Source of the DNA: an uncultured beta proteobacterium
Lineage (GTDB): Bacteria; Pseudomonadota; Gammaproteobacteria; Burkholderiales; Burkholderiaceae_C
Assembly (NCBI GenBank): GCA_903876715.1
Contig: CAIRBF010000217.1
Location: 2,931-66,930, forward strand
Length of the DNA: 64,000 bases
Reading direction: 5' to 3'
Below are positions 36,291 to 44,693 of the stretch, one piece after another. Numbering within the stretch: the stretch's first letter is position 1; every line of letters begins with the position of its first letter. Position numbers and translations under genes: made by a program. The notes below the pieces were generated by a model. It was given only the letters and a program-made list of their open reading frames with translations, was not told the origin of the DNA and did not search any database.

Positions 36291-37171
36291 GCGCGTGCTC
36301 CGGAAGGTGCTGCTGCCAGCGCCTCGCGCGCCAGGCGACGATCGCGCATGCGCAGGCGGATCGTGTCATACACGCCGAAGGGCAGGAATGCCATCACCAC
36401 CACGAGCAGCAGGCCGTAGATCGCCTGGCGGTACTGCGCCAGCGGCCGAAAGATCTCCGGCAGCAGCACCAGGATCGTCACCCCCACCAGCGGGCCGACC
36501 ACCGTGCGGCGTCCGCCCAGAACGACCGCCGACAGGGTGGCAATCAGGATGCTGAAGCCGAACTGCTCGGCCGTGAGGCTGAAATTTCGGAGCGCGTCCA
36601 GGCCGCCGAACAGGCCGGCGATGGCGCCCGAGAGCGCGAACGAGATCACGTGGTATTTGGTGGGGTTGACGCCCAGGGACGCCGCCACCGGCGGGTCCTG
36701 TCGCATGGCCTCGAAGGCGCGGCCGATCGCCCCCTTGCCCAGCACGTACAGCATGGCCATGGTCAGCAACATGGCCACCACCAGCATCCAGGGCTGGACC
36801 ACCCGGGGGATGCTGTGGAAGCCCAGCGGGCCGCCGGTGAGGTCCTCGAAGAACAGGATCAGCGCCACCAGGATCTCGACAAAGGCCAGTGAGGCGATGG
36901 CCTGGTACACGCCGCGCAATCGCGCCAGCGGGGCGGCCAGCAGCAGGCCGGCCAGGAGCCCGAGCAGCGTGCCCAGACCCACGGCCAGCGCCGGATGGAA
37001 GCCCTGCTTGACCACCAGGATGGCGGCGCAGTAGGCACCCAAGGCGGCAAAGCCCGAGGTGGCGACCGAGAAGGTGCCGGCGCGGAAGACGATCGCCTGG
37101 CTGAGGGCGTATCCGGTGCCGATGCAGATCAGATCCAGCAGCGGCAGGTGTGGGGCAATGAAGCTCATCAT
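36287..37171 (-). CDS. Liv-type ABC transporter permease, LivM-like (system 2)
   Basis: 294-aa polytopic membrane protein, collinear with system-1 LivM. Confidence 0.88.
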   Translation of the reverse strand: MMSFIAPHLPLLDLICIGTGYALSQAIVFRAGTFSVATSGFAALGAYCAAILVVKQGFHPALAVGLGTLLGLLAGLLLAAPLARLRGVYQAIASLAFVEILVALILFFEDLTGGPLGFHSIPRVVQPWMLVVAMLLTMAMLYVLGKGAIGRAFEAMRQDPPVAASLGVNPTKYHVISFALSGAIAGLFGGLDALRNFSLTAEQFGFSILIATLSAVVLGGRRTVVGPLVGVTILVLLPEIFRPLAQYRQAIYGLLLVVVMAFLPFGVYDTIRLRMRDRRLAREALAAAPSGARA

Positions 37172-37183
37172 GTCGGACAGCCT

Positions 37184-38080
37184 CTAGACGCGCTGGGTGG
37201 GCGACTCGGTGACGGTCTGCACGAAGAGTCCGTCGGGGCGCACCATCAGGATGATGAACAGCAGCAGGAAGATCATGGCGTCGACCAGCAGGGCCGGCAG
37301 GTAGGCGGCCGAGAGCGTTTGGAACAGGCCCAGCACCATGGCCCCGACCAGCGCGCCCGGTATGCTGCCCATGCCGCCGAGGATGATGGCCACGAAGGCC
37401 TTGAGCAGGAAGGGCTCGCCCATCAGGAACTGCACCGCGTTGAAGGCCAGCCCCACCATCACGCCGGCCGCACCGGCGAGCGCGCCGGAGATGAAGAATG
37501 TCTGGTAGAAGATCGCGTCCGGATTGACGCCCAGGAGCTGGGCCGTGCGGTAGTTGCCCGCCACGGCGCGGATCTGGCGCCCTTGCGGAGTGCGGTAGAG
37601 GTAATAAGCCAGCAGCACCACCAGCACCAGCGCCACGCCCAGCATCAGCAGCTGCAGCATGGTCACGCGCAGGCCCAGCAACTGGATCGCGTCCACCGGC
37701 ACGGTGCCGAAGGGAAAGCGCAAGGTCTGGGTGTTGGAGACGTACTGGCCCAGGCTGAGCACGATCAGGCCGGCGCCAATGCTGGAGATGATCGAGGCCA
37801 GCTCGGCATCGGCCAGCGCCAGCTTGCGCAGGGGCTTGAAGGCGATCACCTCGATCATGATCGACACCAGGCCGGCGCCGATCATGGCCACCGGCAGCGC
37901 GGCCCAGATCGGCACGCCGGCCTGCACCGTGAACAGGCCGATGAAGGCGCCGGACATGAACACGGCCCCGTGGGCCATGTTCATGATGCGGTGGATGCCG
38001 AAGATCAGTGTGAAGCCCAGGGCGAACAGCGCATACACGCCGCCCAGGACCAGACCGTTGAGAACCTGCTGCGCAATCAT
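37184..38080 (-). CDS. Liv-type ABC transporter permease, LivH-like (system 2)
   Basis: MIAQQVLNGLVLGGVYALFALGFTLIFG N-terminus, collinear with system-1 LivH. Confidence 0.9.
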   Translation of the reverse strand: MIAQQVLNGLVLGGVYALFALGFTLIFGIHRIMNMAHGAVFMSGAFIGLFTVQAGVPIWAALPVAMIGAGLVSIMIEVIAFKPLRKLALADAELASIISSIGAGLIVLSLGQYVSNTQTLRFPFGTVPVDAIQLLGLRVTMLQLLMLGVALVLVVLLAYYLYRTPQGRQIRAVAGNYRTAQLLGVNPDAIFYQTFFISGALAGAAGVMVGLAFNAVQFLMGEPFLLKAFVAIILGGMGSIPGALVGAMVLGLFQTLSAAYLPALLVDAMIFLLLFIILMVRPDGLFVQTVTESPTQRV

Positions 38081-38144
38081 GGCTTCCCTTCAGGCAGAGG
38101 CAGCCGCGCGCCCGCGCGCGCCGGCCACCCCGGCTGTATCAGGT

Positions 38145-39275
38145 TCAGGGGGCTGGAACGAACTTGCCGTCCTTGACCTGCAGGAACACCGATCCGTAGA
38201 CCGGGATGCGGTTCTCGTAGCTGTAGCGGCCCGTGCCGACCACCACCGGCACGTCTTTGGTGCGGGTGAGCGCATCGCGGATCTTTTCGCGTGTGGGGTT
38301 GGGCGAGGCGGCGCGGACCGCATGCGCCACGACCTGCATGTAGCTGTAGCCCAGTGCCGCCCAGTTATCGGCGTCCTTGCCGGTCTTGGCCTTGTAGGCG
38401 GCGGCAAACGCCCGGGCTGCGGGGGTGTTGCCGCCCGGGGTCCAGTCAGAGTTGAAGACGAGCCCTTCGACGGCCGCGCCGCCGATCTGCACCAACTGCG
38501 GCGAGGACAGGCCCGTCTGGCCGATCAGGCGAGTGCTGGGGGGCAAGCCGGCCTGCTTGAGCTGGATCGCCAGGTTGGCGCCCGAGGGGCCGAGCGTGAA
38601 CAGCATGACGCAGTCGGGCTTGGCCGCAACGATGCGGGTGGCGATGGCCGAGAAATCCGTGTCGGCCTGCTTGACGCCGCTGCGGTCGACGAAGCGCAGG
38701 CCCTTCTTCTCGGTGTACTCGACGAACAGGCGCTCCAGGTCGACATAGGCCTCGTTGTCCGAGAAGCGGATCGTGGCGCAGGTGCGTGGCTTGACCTTCT
38801 CCAACACGTAGTCGCCCAGCTGCGGCATGGTGATGCTCGGCGGCTGCGCGGAGATGAAGCTCCAGGGCCCGGCGTTGATCACCGCGACCGCGTTCGACAT
38901 GGCCTTCATCCCGATCTTGGCGTCATTGGCCACGCCGGCCGAGGGGATGGCCTCGGGCGCGGTCGTGGGGCCGAGGATGAAGAGCACGTTCGGATCGGCC
39001 GCGTAGCGGGTGATGGCCGCCATGGCCTGCGGGCGGGCCGAGGCGCTGTCGGCCACCTCGACCACGATCTTGTCGCCGTCGGGCAGGAAGTTGCGCGCGT
39101 TGAGTTCCTCAGCCGCGAAGCGCATGCCCTCGGAGGCGGGCACGCCGACGAAGGCCGCCCCGCCGGTGAGCGCCTGGAGGATGACGATCTTGCGATCGGC
39201 CGCGATGAGCGCCTGGGACGCCAGCGCCACGCCAGTCACGAAGGCCAGTTGACCCAGGGTCTTGGTCTTGAGCAT
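38145..39275 (-). CDS. Liv-type periplasmic substrate-binding protein (system 2)
   Basis: ATG at 39275 preceded by AGGAGA. Signal peptide MLKTKTLGQLAFVTGVALASQALIA. Type I binding-protein pattern. The track start at 39311 is probably over-extended. Confidence 0.88.
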   Translation of the reverse strand: MLKTKTLGQLAFVTGVALASQALIAADRKIVILQALTGGAAFVGVPASEGMRFAAEELNARNFLPDGDKIVVEVADSASARPQAMAAITRYAADPNVLFILGPTTAPEAIPSAGVANDAKIGMKAMSNAVAVINAGPWSFISAQPPSITMPQLGDYVLEKVKPRTCATIRFSDNEAYVDLERLFVEYTEKKGLRFVDRSGVKQADTDFSAIATRIVAAKPDCVMLFTLGPSGANLAIQLKQAGLPPSTRLIGQTGLSSPQLVQIGGAAVEGLVFNSDWTPGGNTPAARAFAAAYKAKTGKDADNWAALGYSYMQVVAHAVRAASPNPTREKIRDALTRTKDVPVVVGTGRYSYENRIPVYGSVFLQVKDGKFVPAP

Positions 39276-39335
39276 ATGGACTTGTCTCCTGTTGGTTGGG
39301 AGGTTGCACAAAGATATATTTATGTCCGACTATCC

Positions 39336-39348
39336 ATATACATGGACG
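39336..39348. promoter_or_regulatory. Operator-like motif ATATACATGGACG in the AT-rich livK-2 upstream region
   Basis: 12 of 13 positions match the reverse complement of 45764-45776 in the GntR/ligase divergent region. Embedded in the imperfect palindrome TCCATATACATGGA. Confidence 0.3.
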
Positions 39349-39364
39349 ATTCGTCAATAGGGGT

Positions 39365-39475
39365 TCACACGCAGTCTGACTGAAGAACCGGTTGCGAGGC
39401 CGAACAGATGAACTCGGCCAGCATGTCGCCCTGCACGGTCGCGCGCCCGCGCATGGGCGCGCAGGCCTCGTCGGC
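39365..39475 (-). pseudogene. 3-prime remnant of a GntR/FCD-family regulator gene
   Basis: The minus-strand frame ends ...LREVCAADEACAPMRGRATVQGDMLAEFICSASQPVLQSDCV*, which parallels the C-terminus of the intact regulator (…ILGGQSDDAAALMKRHVSVQGDVLADYISMTQSFKAD*). No N-terminal HTH part is present. The upstream boundary is approximate. Confidence 0.5.
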
Positions 39476-39567
39476 CGCGCAAACCTCGCGCAGCCGGCAC
39501 CGTCGCGGCGGCTGTGGACCCAGCCTTGCAGTGCTCGGGCCCTTCGTGATTCCGTCGGCGGCGCGGT

Positions 39568-40359
39568 TCAGCCCGGTCGCCGCAGCAGCAGCGAGGCCGC
39601 CTGGGCGGCCGGCATGCCCACGCGCACGCCGGCGGCGAGCGCCAGCGCGTTGACCGCGCTGATCACGCCGTCGCGGTAGCTGCTCAGGCCGTCGCCCATG
39701 CGCGCACGGCGCGCGTCCACGGTGGCGCCGGCCAGACCCTCGGACTCGACCATGGCCAGGCCGGCCACGCCGGCGTCCTCGCGGCCCTTTCCGCCGTCGG
39801 AGCAGATGAAGCCGAAAGGCCGCACGCGCAGCAGATAGGGCACCGCGCTGCGGCCAGTGTGGCCGGCGGTGACCAGCACGTTGCGGCTGTCCTCGGGCAA
39901 GCCGAAGGCGATGGAATCCGTGCACACCACCTGACGACCATCCGGCCCCTGCTCCATCACCTGCCGGTTGGTCACGTTGGCCGCGGCCGGCGCCGCGTAC
40001 GGCTCGGCAGCGAGCATGCGCAGCGCCGCCTCGCGCACTGGCATGCCGGCGCGCACGCCACAGTCCAGGGCCGGCTGGTTGGCATGGCTGACCACGCCAT
40101 GGGTGTGCAGGTCGACGCCGTCGCCGAGCTTGACCGTCATCACATCGGCCACTGCGGCGGGAATCTGCAGCGCCTCCAGGTACCACAGGCCGGCGATGGA
40201 GGCGCCGGCGGGCCCGACGCCGCAATCGACGCCGATGGCGCCCCGCGGGCGCTGCTCTGCGATGAATCGCGCCGGCAGCACGCCGCAGTACGAGGCGTTG
40301 ACGACGACGTCGCGGCCGCGGTTGGCCAGGACCACGTCGTAGGCCGAGTCCATGGCCAT
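39568..40359 (-). CDS. Uncharacterised protein with internal tandem duplication (copy 2, 263 aa)
   Basis: Starts MAMDSAYDVV. Full-length similarity to 26263-27102, with the same two-half architecture (DVVVNASYCG... / NVLVTAGHTGRS...). The track ORF to 40908 is over-extended into the SDR gene. Confidence 0.8.
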   Translation of the reverse strand: MAMDSAYDVVLANRGRDVVVNASYCGVLPARFIAEQRPRGAIGVDCGVGPAGASIAGLWYLEALQIPAAVADVMTVKLGDGVDLHTHGVVSHANQPALDCGVRAGMPVREAALRMLAAEPYAAPAAANVTNRQVMEQGPDGRQVVCTDSIAFGLPEDSRNVLVTAGHTGRSAVPYLLRVRPFGFICSDGGKGREDAGVAGLAMVESEGLAGATVDARRARMGDGLSSYRDGVISAVNALALAAGVRVGMPAAQAASLLLRRPG

Positions 40360-40406
40360 GACGCGCCCGCGCGACTCGGCATGCAGCTCGGTCTGCGCGC
40401 CCATCC

Positions 40407-41201
40407 TCAGCTCCCAGCCGCCGGGGGCGTGACCATGGAGACGCTCATGTGCACCTCGCCGCCGTCGGGCACCAGCGTCTTGCCGGTCATGAAGGCGGCA
40501 TCGTCGGAGAACAGGAAGCACACCGGACCGGCGATGTCGTCGGGCTCGCCGGTACGCTTGAGCATGTTCAGCGCGGCCGCCTGCTCGGCCCCCTTGACCG
40601 GGTCGCCTCCGGCCCGCTGCGTCCACAGGGGCACGGTCATGCCGGTGCGGATGCGCCCAGGTGCCACCACATTGACGCGCACCGAGGGCGCCGCTTCCTG
40701 GGCCAGCTGCTGCGTGAAGCCGATGATGCCGGCCTTGGCCGCCCCATAGACCGAATTGTTCGGCTGCGCGGTGAGCGCGGCGATGGAGGCCACGTTCACG
40801 ATCGAGCCCCCGCCCTGGGCGCGCATGATCGGCAGCACGTTCTTGACCACCAGAAAGGTGCCCCCCAGGTGCACTGCCATCATGCGGTTCCAGCGCTCTA
40901 GCGTCCACTTCTCGATCGGGTCGAAGTCGGCATGGCCGGCGGCGCAGAAGGCGCAGTCGATGCGCCCGAAGTGCCGGTGCACTTGGGCCACCGCGTCGTG
41001 CATGCCTTCCTCGCTGGCCACATCCACCTCCAGCGCGATCGCGCCGGGCAGTTCGGCCGCCACCGCGCGCGCGGCCTCGCCGCGCATGTCCAGCAGTGCC
41101 ACGCGGCCGCCGTCGCGCGTGAAGCGCCGAGCCACGGCCGCGGCCAATCCCGAGCCGCCGCCTGTGGCGAGCAGCACCTTGCCTTCGAATCGTCCTGTCA
41201 T
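40407..41201 (-). CDS. Short-chain dehydrogenase/reductase
   Basis: ATGGGSGLA motif, YGAAKAG catalytic motif. ATGA overlap with the upstream hydrolase. The track ORF to 41978 is over-extended. Confidence 0.9.
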   Translation of the reverse strand: MTGRFEGKVLLATGGGSGLAAAVARRFTRDGGRVALLDMRGEAARAVAAELPGAIALEVDVASEEGMHDAVAQVHRHFGRIDCAFCAAGHADFDPIEKWTLERWNRMMAVHLGGTFLVVKNVLPIMRAQGGGSIVNVASIAALTAQPNNSVYGAAKAGIIGFTQQLAQEAAPSVRVNVVAPGRIRTGMTVPLWTQRAGGDPVKGAEQAAALNMLKRTGEPDDIAGPVCFLFSDDAAFMTGKTLVPDGGEVHMSVSMVTPPAAGS

Positions 41202-42097
41202 GTCGTTCCCCTTTGGTTGTGGTTGTCCGCCCAGAATGCGCGCAGCGCCTGCGCCGTCTGCGGCGCTGCGTGCTCCGGGAACCAGTGCCCGCCGGGCACC
41301 GTGCCCACGCGCAGGTGCTCGCAGCGCTCGCGCCAGGAGGCCTCGATGTCCATCAGCTGGCACATCAGGCCGTCCGCGCCCCAAAGAGCGAACACCGGGC
41401 ACTTCACGCGCACGTGCAGGTCGGCCTCGTCGTGCGCGAGGTCGATGCTGCGCCCGGCGCGGTAGTCGCAGCAGGACGCGTGGATCATCTCGGGCATGCG
41501 CCAGCAACGCCGGTACTCGGCCAACATCTCCGGGTCGAAGTGATCCAGCCCCTTGCCGCCGACGCTCACCAGGCAGTTTTCGAAGTAGTAGTCCGGGTCG
41601 GCCCCAATCAGGCGCTCGGGGAAGGGCGCGGGCAGCGGCAGGAAGTACCACTGCCAGTAGGTCGATGCGATGCGGCGGTTGACTTGGTTGTACAGCGCCC
41701 AGGTGGGCACCAGGTCGAGCACGGCGAGCGAGCGCACCTGGGCCGGCCAGTCCAGCGCCATGCGGTGTGCCACCCGGCCGCCGCGGTCGTGCCCGACCAC
41801 GTCGAAGCGCTCGTGGCCGAGCGCGCGCATCACCGCCACCTGGTCGGCCGCCATGGTGCGGAAGGAGTAGTTGGAGTGGTCGGGCAGCCCCGGCGGCTTG
41901 GACGAGTCTCCGTAGCCGCGCAGGTCGGCGCAGACCACGCGCCGGTCGCTGGCCAGCAGCGGCGCCAGCCGGGCCCACTCGGCCAGGTTCTGCGGGTAGC
42001 CATGCAGCAACAACACCGGATCACCTCGGCCGCCACTCACGCAGTGGATGCGCACCTCGCCCACCTCGATGTCGTGCCGCTCGAATCCTTCGAACAT
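41198..42097 (-). CDS. Alpha/beta hydrolase, haloacetate (fluoroacetate) dehalogenase-like
   Basis: HGYPQN, VVGHDRGGRVAHR (Asp104 nucleophile with Arg105/Arg108), YWQWYF, DYRAG, GGHWFPE (His271). See the finding on the H149Q substitution. Confidence 0.85.
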   Translation of the reverse strand: MFEGFERHDIEVGEVRIHCVSGGRGDPVLLLHGYPQNLAEWARLAPLLASDRRVVCADLRGYGDSSKPPGLPDHSNYSFRTMAADQVAVMRALGHERFDVVGHDRGGRVAHRMALDWPAQVRSLAVLDLVPTWALYNQVNRRIASTYWQWYFLPLPAPFPERLIGADPDYYFENCLVSVGGKGLDHFDPEMLAEYRRCWRMPEMIHASCCDYRAGRSIDLAHDEADLHVRVKCPVFALWGADGLMCQLMDIEASWRERCEHLRVGTVPGGHWFPEHAAPQTAQALRAFWADNHNQRGTT

Positions 42098-42128
42098 GGA
42101 TGCCTGCTCCCTTCGGTCCGTCCGGCCC

Positions 42129-43004
42129 TCAGGCCAAGGTGCTGCGCAACATCAGGCGCCGGTTCTCGGGCGCGTCGAGGTTGGCGAAGTCGTAGTCCAG
42201 CGGCGCGAAGTGCTGGGTGCAGCGGTTGTCCCACATGATCAGGTCGCCGGGCCGCCAGCGGTGCCGATACTGGTGCGCGGGCCGCGTGGCCAGCGCGAAC
42301 AGGTGGTCCAGCAGGGGCGCGCTGTCCTCCACGGTCCAGCCTTCGAAGCGGTCGGTCATCTGCTCGTTGACGAACAGCGCCATGCGGCCGCTGTCCTCGT
42401 GCCGGCGCAGCACCGGGTGCCAGGTGCCGCCCTGGCGTTCGAGTTCGCCTTCCTCGATCGAGCCGAACGGACGGCGCCGGCGCCGCGCCAGGGTGCGCGT
42501 GCTGAACAGCGTGTTGAAGGCGCGCAGGCCGGCCAGCATGTCACGCAGGCCCGGCGAGAGCGCGTCATGGGCCTGGTACATGTTGGCGAACATGGTGTCG
42601 CCGCCCAGGGCGGGCGCATGCACGCAGCGCAGCAGCGAGGCGCGCGCCGGCACCGCCAGGAAGGCCTGGTCGGAATGCCACTGCTGGGCGGCGTTCTCGG
42701 TCTCGGAACGCACGCCCCCGCTCCTGATGTTGGTGACCTGGAACAGGTCGGGGTAGCCTGGCGGCGCGTGCTTGCCGAGCAGCCCGGTCTTGGCCAGCGG
42801 CCCCAGGCGGCGCGTGAAGGCCAAGTGCTGGTCGTTGTCCAGCGGCTGGTCGCGGAACAGCAGGATGCCGCGCTCGCCCAGCAGCTGCCAGAGCGCGTCG
42901 ATGTCGGCCTGCGCGATCTCATACGCCCGGCTCAGATCCAGCCCGGTGATCTCCGAGCCGGTCTGCCAGGACAGGGGCCGCGCGCTGAAACTTGTGCCGG
43001 CCAT
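42129..43004 (-). CDS. TauD/TfdA-family Fe(II)/2-oxoglutarate dioxygenase (copy 2)
   Basis: QQWHSDQAF (HxD) and WDNRCTQH motifs. Tandem paralog of 43020-43934. Confidence 0.88.
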   Translation of the reverse strand: MAGTSFSARPLSWQTGSEITGLDLSRAYEIAQADIDALWQLLGERGILLFRDQPLDNDQHLAFTRRLGPLAKTGLLGKHAPPGYPDLFQVTNIRSGGVRSETENAAQQWHSDQAFLAVPARASLLRCVHAPALGGDTMFANMYQAHDALSPGLRDMLAGLRAFNTLFSTRTLARRRRRPFGSIEEGELERQGGTWHPVLRRHEDSGRMALFVNEQMTDRFEGWTVEDSAPLLDHLFALATRPAHQYRHRWRPGDLIMWDNRCTQHFAPLDYDFANLDAPENRRLMLRSTLA

Positions 43005-43019
43005 GACCTGGGCGCGGCC

Positions 43020-43934
43020 TCAGGCCAGGGTGCTGCGGAACATCAGCCGGTGGTTCTGCGGCGCGTCGCGGTTGGCGAAGTCGTAGTCCAGCGGCGCATA
43101 GTGCTGCGTGCAGCGGTTGTCCCAGAACACCACGTCGCCCGCCGACCAGCGGTGGCGATACTGGTACATCGGGTGCCGGATCTGTGCGTAGAGGTAATCG
43201 AGGAGCGGGGCGCTTTCCTCCACCGTCCAGCCGTCGAAGTGGTCGACGCACTGCTCGTTGATGTAGAGCACCTTGCGCCCGGTCTCGGGGTGGGTGAGGA
43301 CGACGGGCTGCATCGCGCCCTGTTCGCCGTACACCCGCGACATCTCCTCGTCGCTCAGCGGCTTGCGGCCGGCCATCACCTTCGAGCGCTGGCTGAACAA
43401 GGTGTGGAAGGCGCGCAGCGGTGCTAGCGTCTTCTTCAGGCCTTCGGACAGGTCTTCGTAGATGTGATGAGTGCTGCAGAACATCGTGTCACCGCCGTTC
43501 TGCGGCGGGATCTCGCAGCGCAGCATCGAGGCCCGGGCCGGCACCTCGAGGAAGGTCTGGTCGGTGTGCCACTGCTGGGCCGCGTTCTCGGTCTCGGAGC
43601 GTTCGCCGTTCTTCCTGATGTTGGTCACCGTGAAGATGTCGGGGTAGCCGTCGGGCGCATAACGGCTGGTCAGGCCGGTCTTCGCGAGCGGACCGAAACG
43701 TCGGGTGAACGCGAGGTGCTGGTCGTGGTTCAGGTGCTGCTTGCGGAACAGCAGGATTCCCCGGTGGCACAGCGTATTCCACAAGGCCTTGATGGTGTCA
43801 TCGCTGATGTCGTCGCAACGGGTGAGGTCCAGGCCGATCACCTCTTCGCCGAGGCGGAAGCACAGGGGCTTCAAGCTGAACTGGGGGGTCGTGGTCTTGG
43901 TGGCCGGGCGTTCGGCCAGCGCGGCTTCGCTCAT
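43020..43934 (-). CDS. TauD/TfdA-family Fe(II)/2-oxoglutarate dioxygenase (copy 3)
   Basis: QQWHTDQTF (HxD), THPETGRKVLYIN and WDNRCTQH motifs. Confidence 0.88.
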   Translation of the reverse strand: MSEAALAERPATKTTTPQFSLKPLCFRLGEEVIGLDLTRCDDISDDTIKALWNTLCHRGILLFRKQHLNHDQHLAFTRRFGPLAKTGLTSRYAPDGYPDIFTVTNIRKNGERSETENAAQQWHTDQTFLEVPARASMLRCEIPPQNGGDTMFCSTHHIYEDLSEGLKKTLAPLRAFHTLFSQRSKVMAGRKPLSDEEMSRVYGEQGAMQPVVLTHPETGRKVLYINEQCVDHFDGWTVEESAPLLDYLYAQIRHPMYQYRHRWSAGDVVFWDNRCTQHYAPLDYDFANRDAPQNHRLMFRSTLA

Positions 43935-43953
43935 GGTGCTCTCTCCTCTGGGT

Positions 43954-44652
43954 TCAGGCGATGGGGCTCGGGATCACGCGGGTCCCGTTGAAGAAATCGA
44001 CGCCCTTGCGGCGGATCAGGTTCCAGGTCAGGTCGAGGTACTGCGCCTTTTGCAGGATCCGGCTCATCTCGTGGGCCAGTTCCGACGGCATCACCGGGGT
44101 CTCGGCGCTCAGGGTCACGTCGAGCTTGCAGGCGTAGTCGAGGGTCACGTGCAGGGCAGCGGCGTCGCCCAGGGTGCCGGCCACGGTGATGGCGCCGTGC
44201 CAGGGAATGATGATCGCCACGTCGTCGTCACGCAGCGCCGGGCCGATGGCCGTGAAGTCGTCGCTCGGGCTGATGCAGGTGCGCCCGTCGAAGTAGGTGC
44301 AGAGGTTGTGCAGGTTGCGCGGCGGCCGGCCGAAGGCCGATTGCGACGTGATCCAGAAGCCGTGCGTGTGCACGATGGCGTTGACGTCGGGGCGCTGCTT
44401 GTAGATGCCGTGGTGGAAGGTCAGCCCCGGGCTGATGCGGGTCTGGCTCTCGACGACCTTGCCGTCGAAATCGAGCAGGGCGATGTCGTGCAACTGCATC
44501 TCTTCGAAGGTCTTCTCGAAGGCGTTGATGTAGAACAGCGGCTGGCCCGGCACGCGGACCGACACGTGGCCGCCGATACCGCTGCCCAGCCCGTAGGCGG
44601 CCAAGCCGCGGATGGCCTCGAGAACCTGGCTTTGTATGACGGGGTCGCGCAT
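43954..44652 (-). CDS. Class II aldolase/adducin-family protein
   Basis: GSGIGGHVSVRV...FHHGIYKQRPDVNAIVHTHG (His metal-ligand region). ATG at 44652 is preceded by GAGGAAG and aligns with the pseudogene copy start. The track ATG at 44697 adds 15 residues. Confidence 0.85.
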   Translation of the reverse strand: MRDPVIQSQVLEAIRGLAAYGLGSGIGGHVSVRVPGQPLFYINAFEKTFEEMQLHDIALLDFDGKVVESQTRISPGLTFHHGIYKQRPDVNAIVHTHGFWITSQSAFGRPPRNLHNLCTYFDGRTCISPSDDFTAIGPALRDDDVAIIIPWHGAITVAGTLGDAAALHVTLDYACKLDVTLSAETPVMPSELAHEMSRILQKAQYLDLTWNLIRRKGVDFFNGTRVIPSPIA

Positions 44653-44693
44653 GGATGCTCTTCCTCGAAGTGTGCGGCCTGGCGGCGCCGCGC

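Noticed and set aside
29760-39275. Two adjacent Liv-type importers considered as one recent tandem duplication.
   Set aside because: Gene order differs: livK-1 is divergent, whereas livK-2 is co-directional. The protein sequences are substantially diverged. The livF remnant at 44694-44900 matches system 2 rather than system 1. They therefore look like distinct paralogous systems, not a fresh duplicate.
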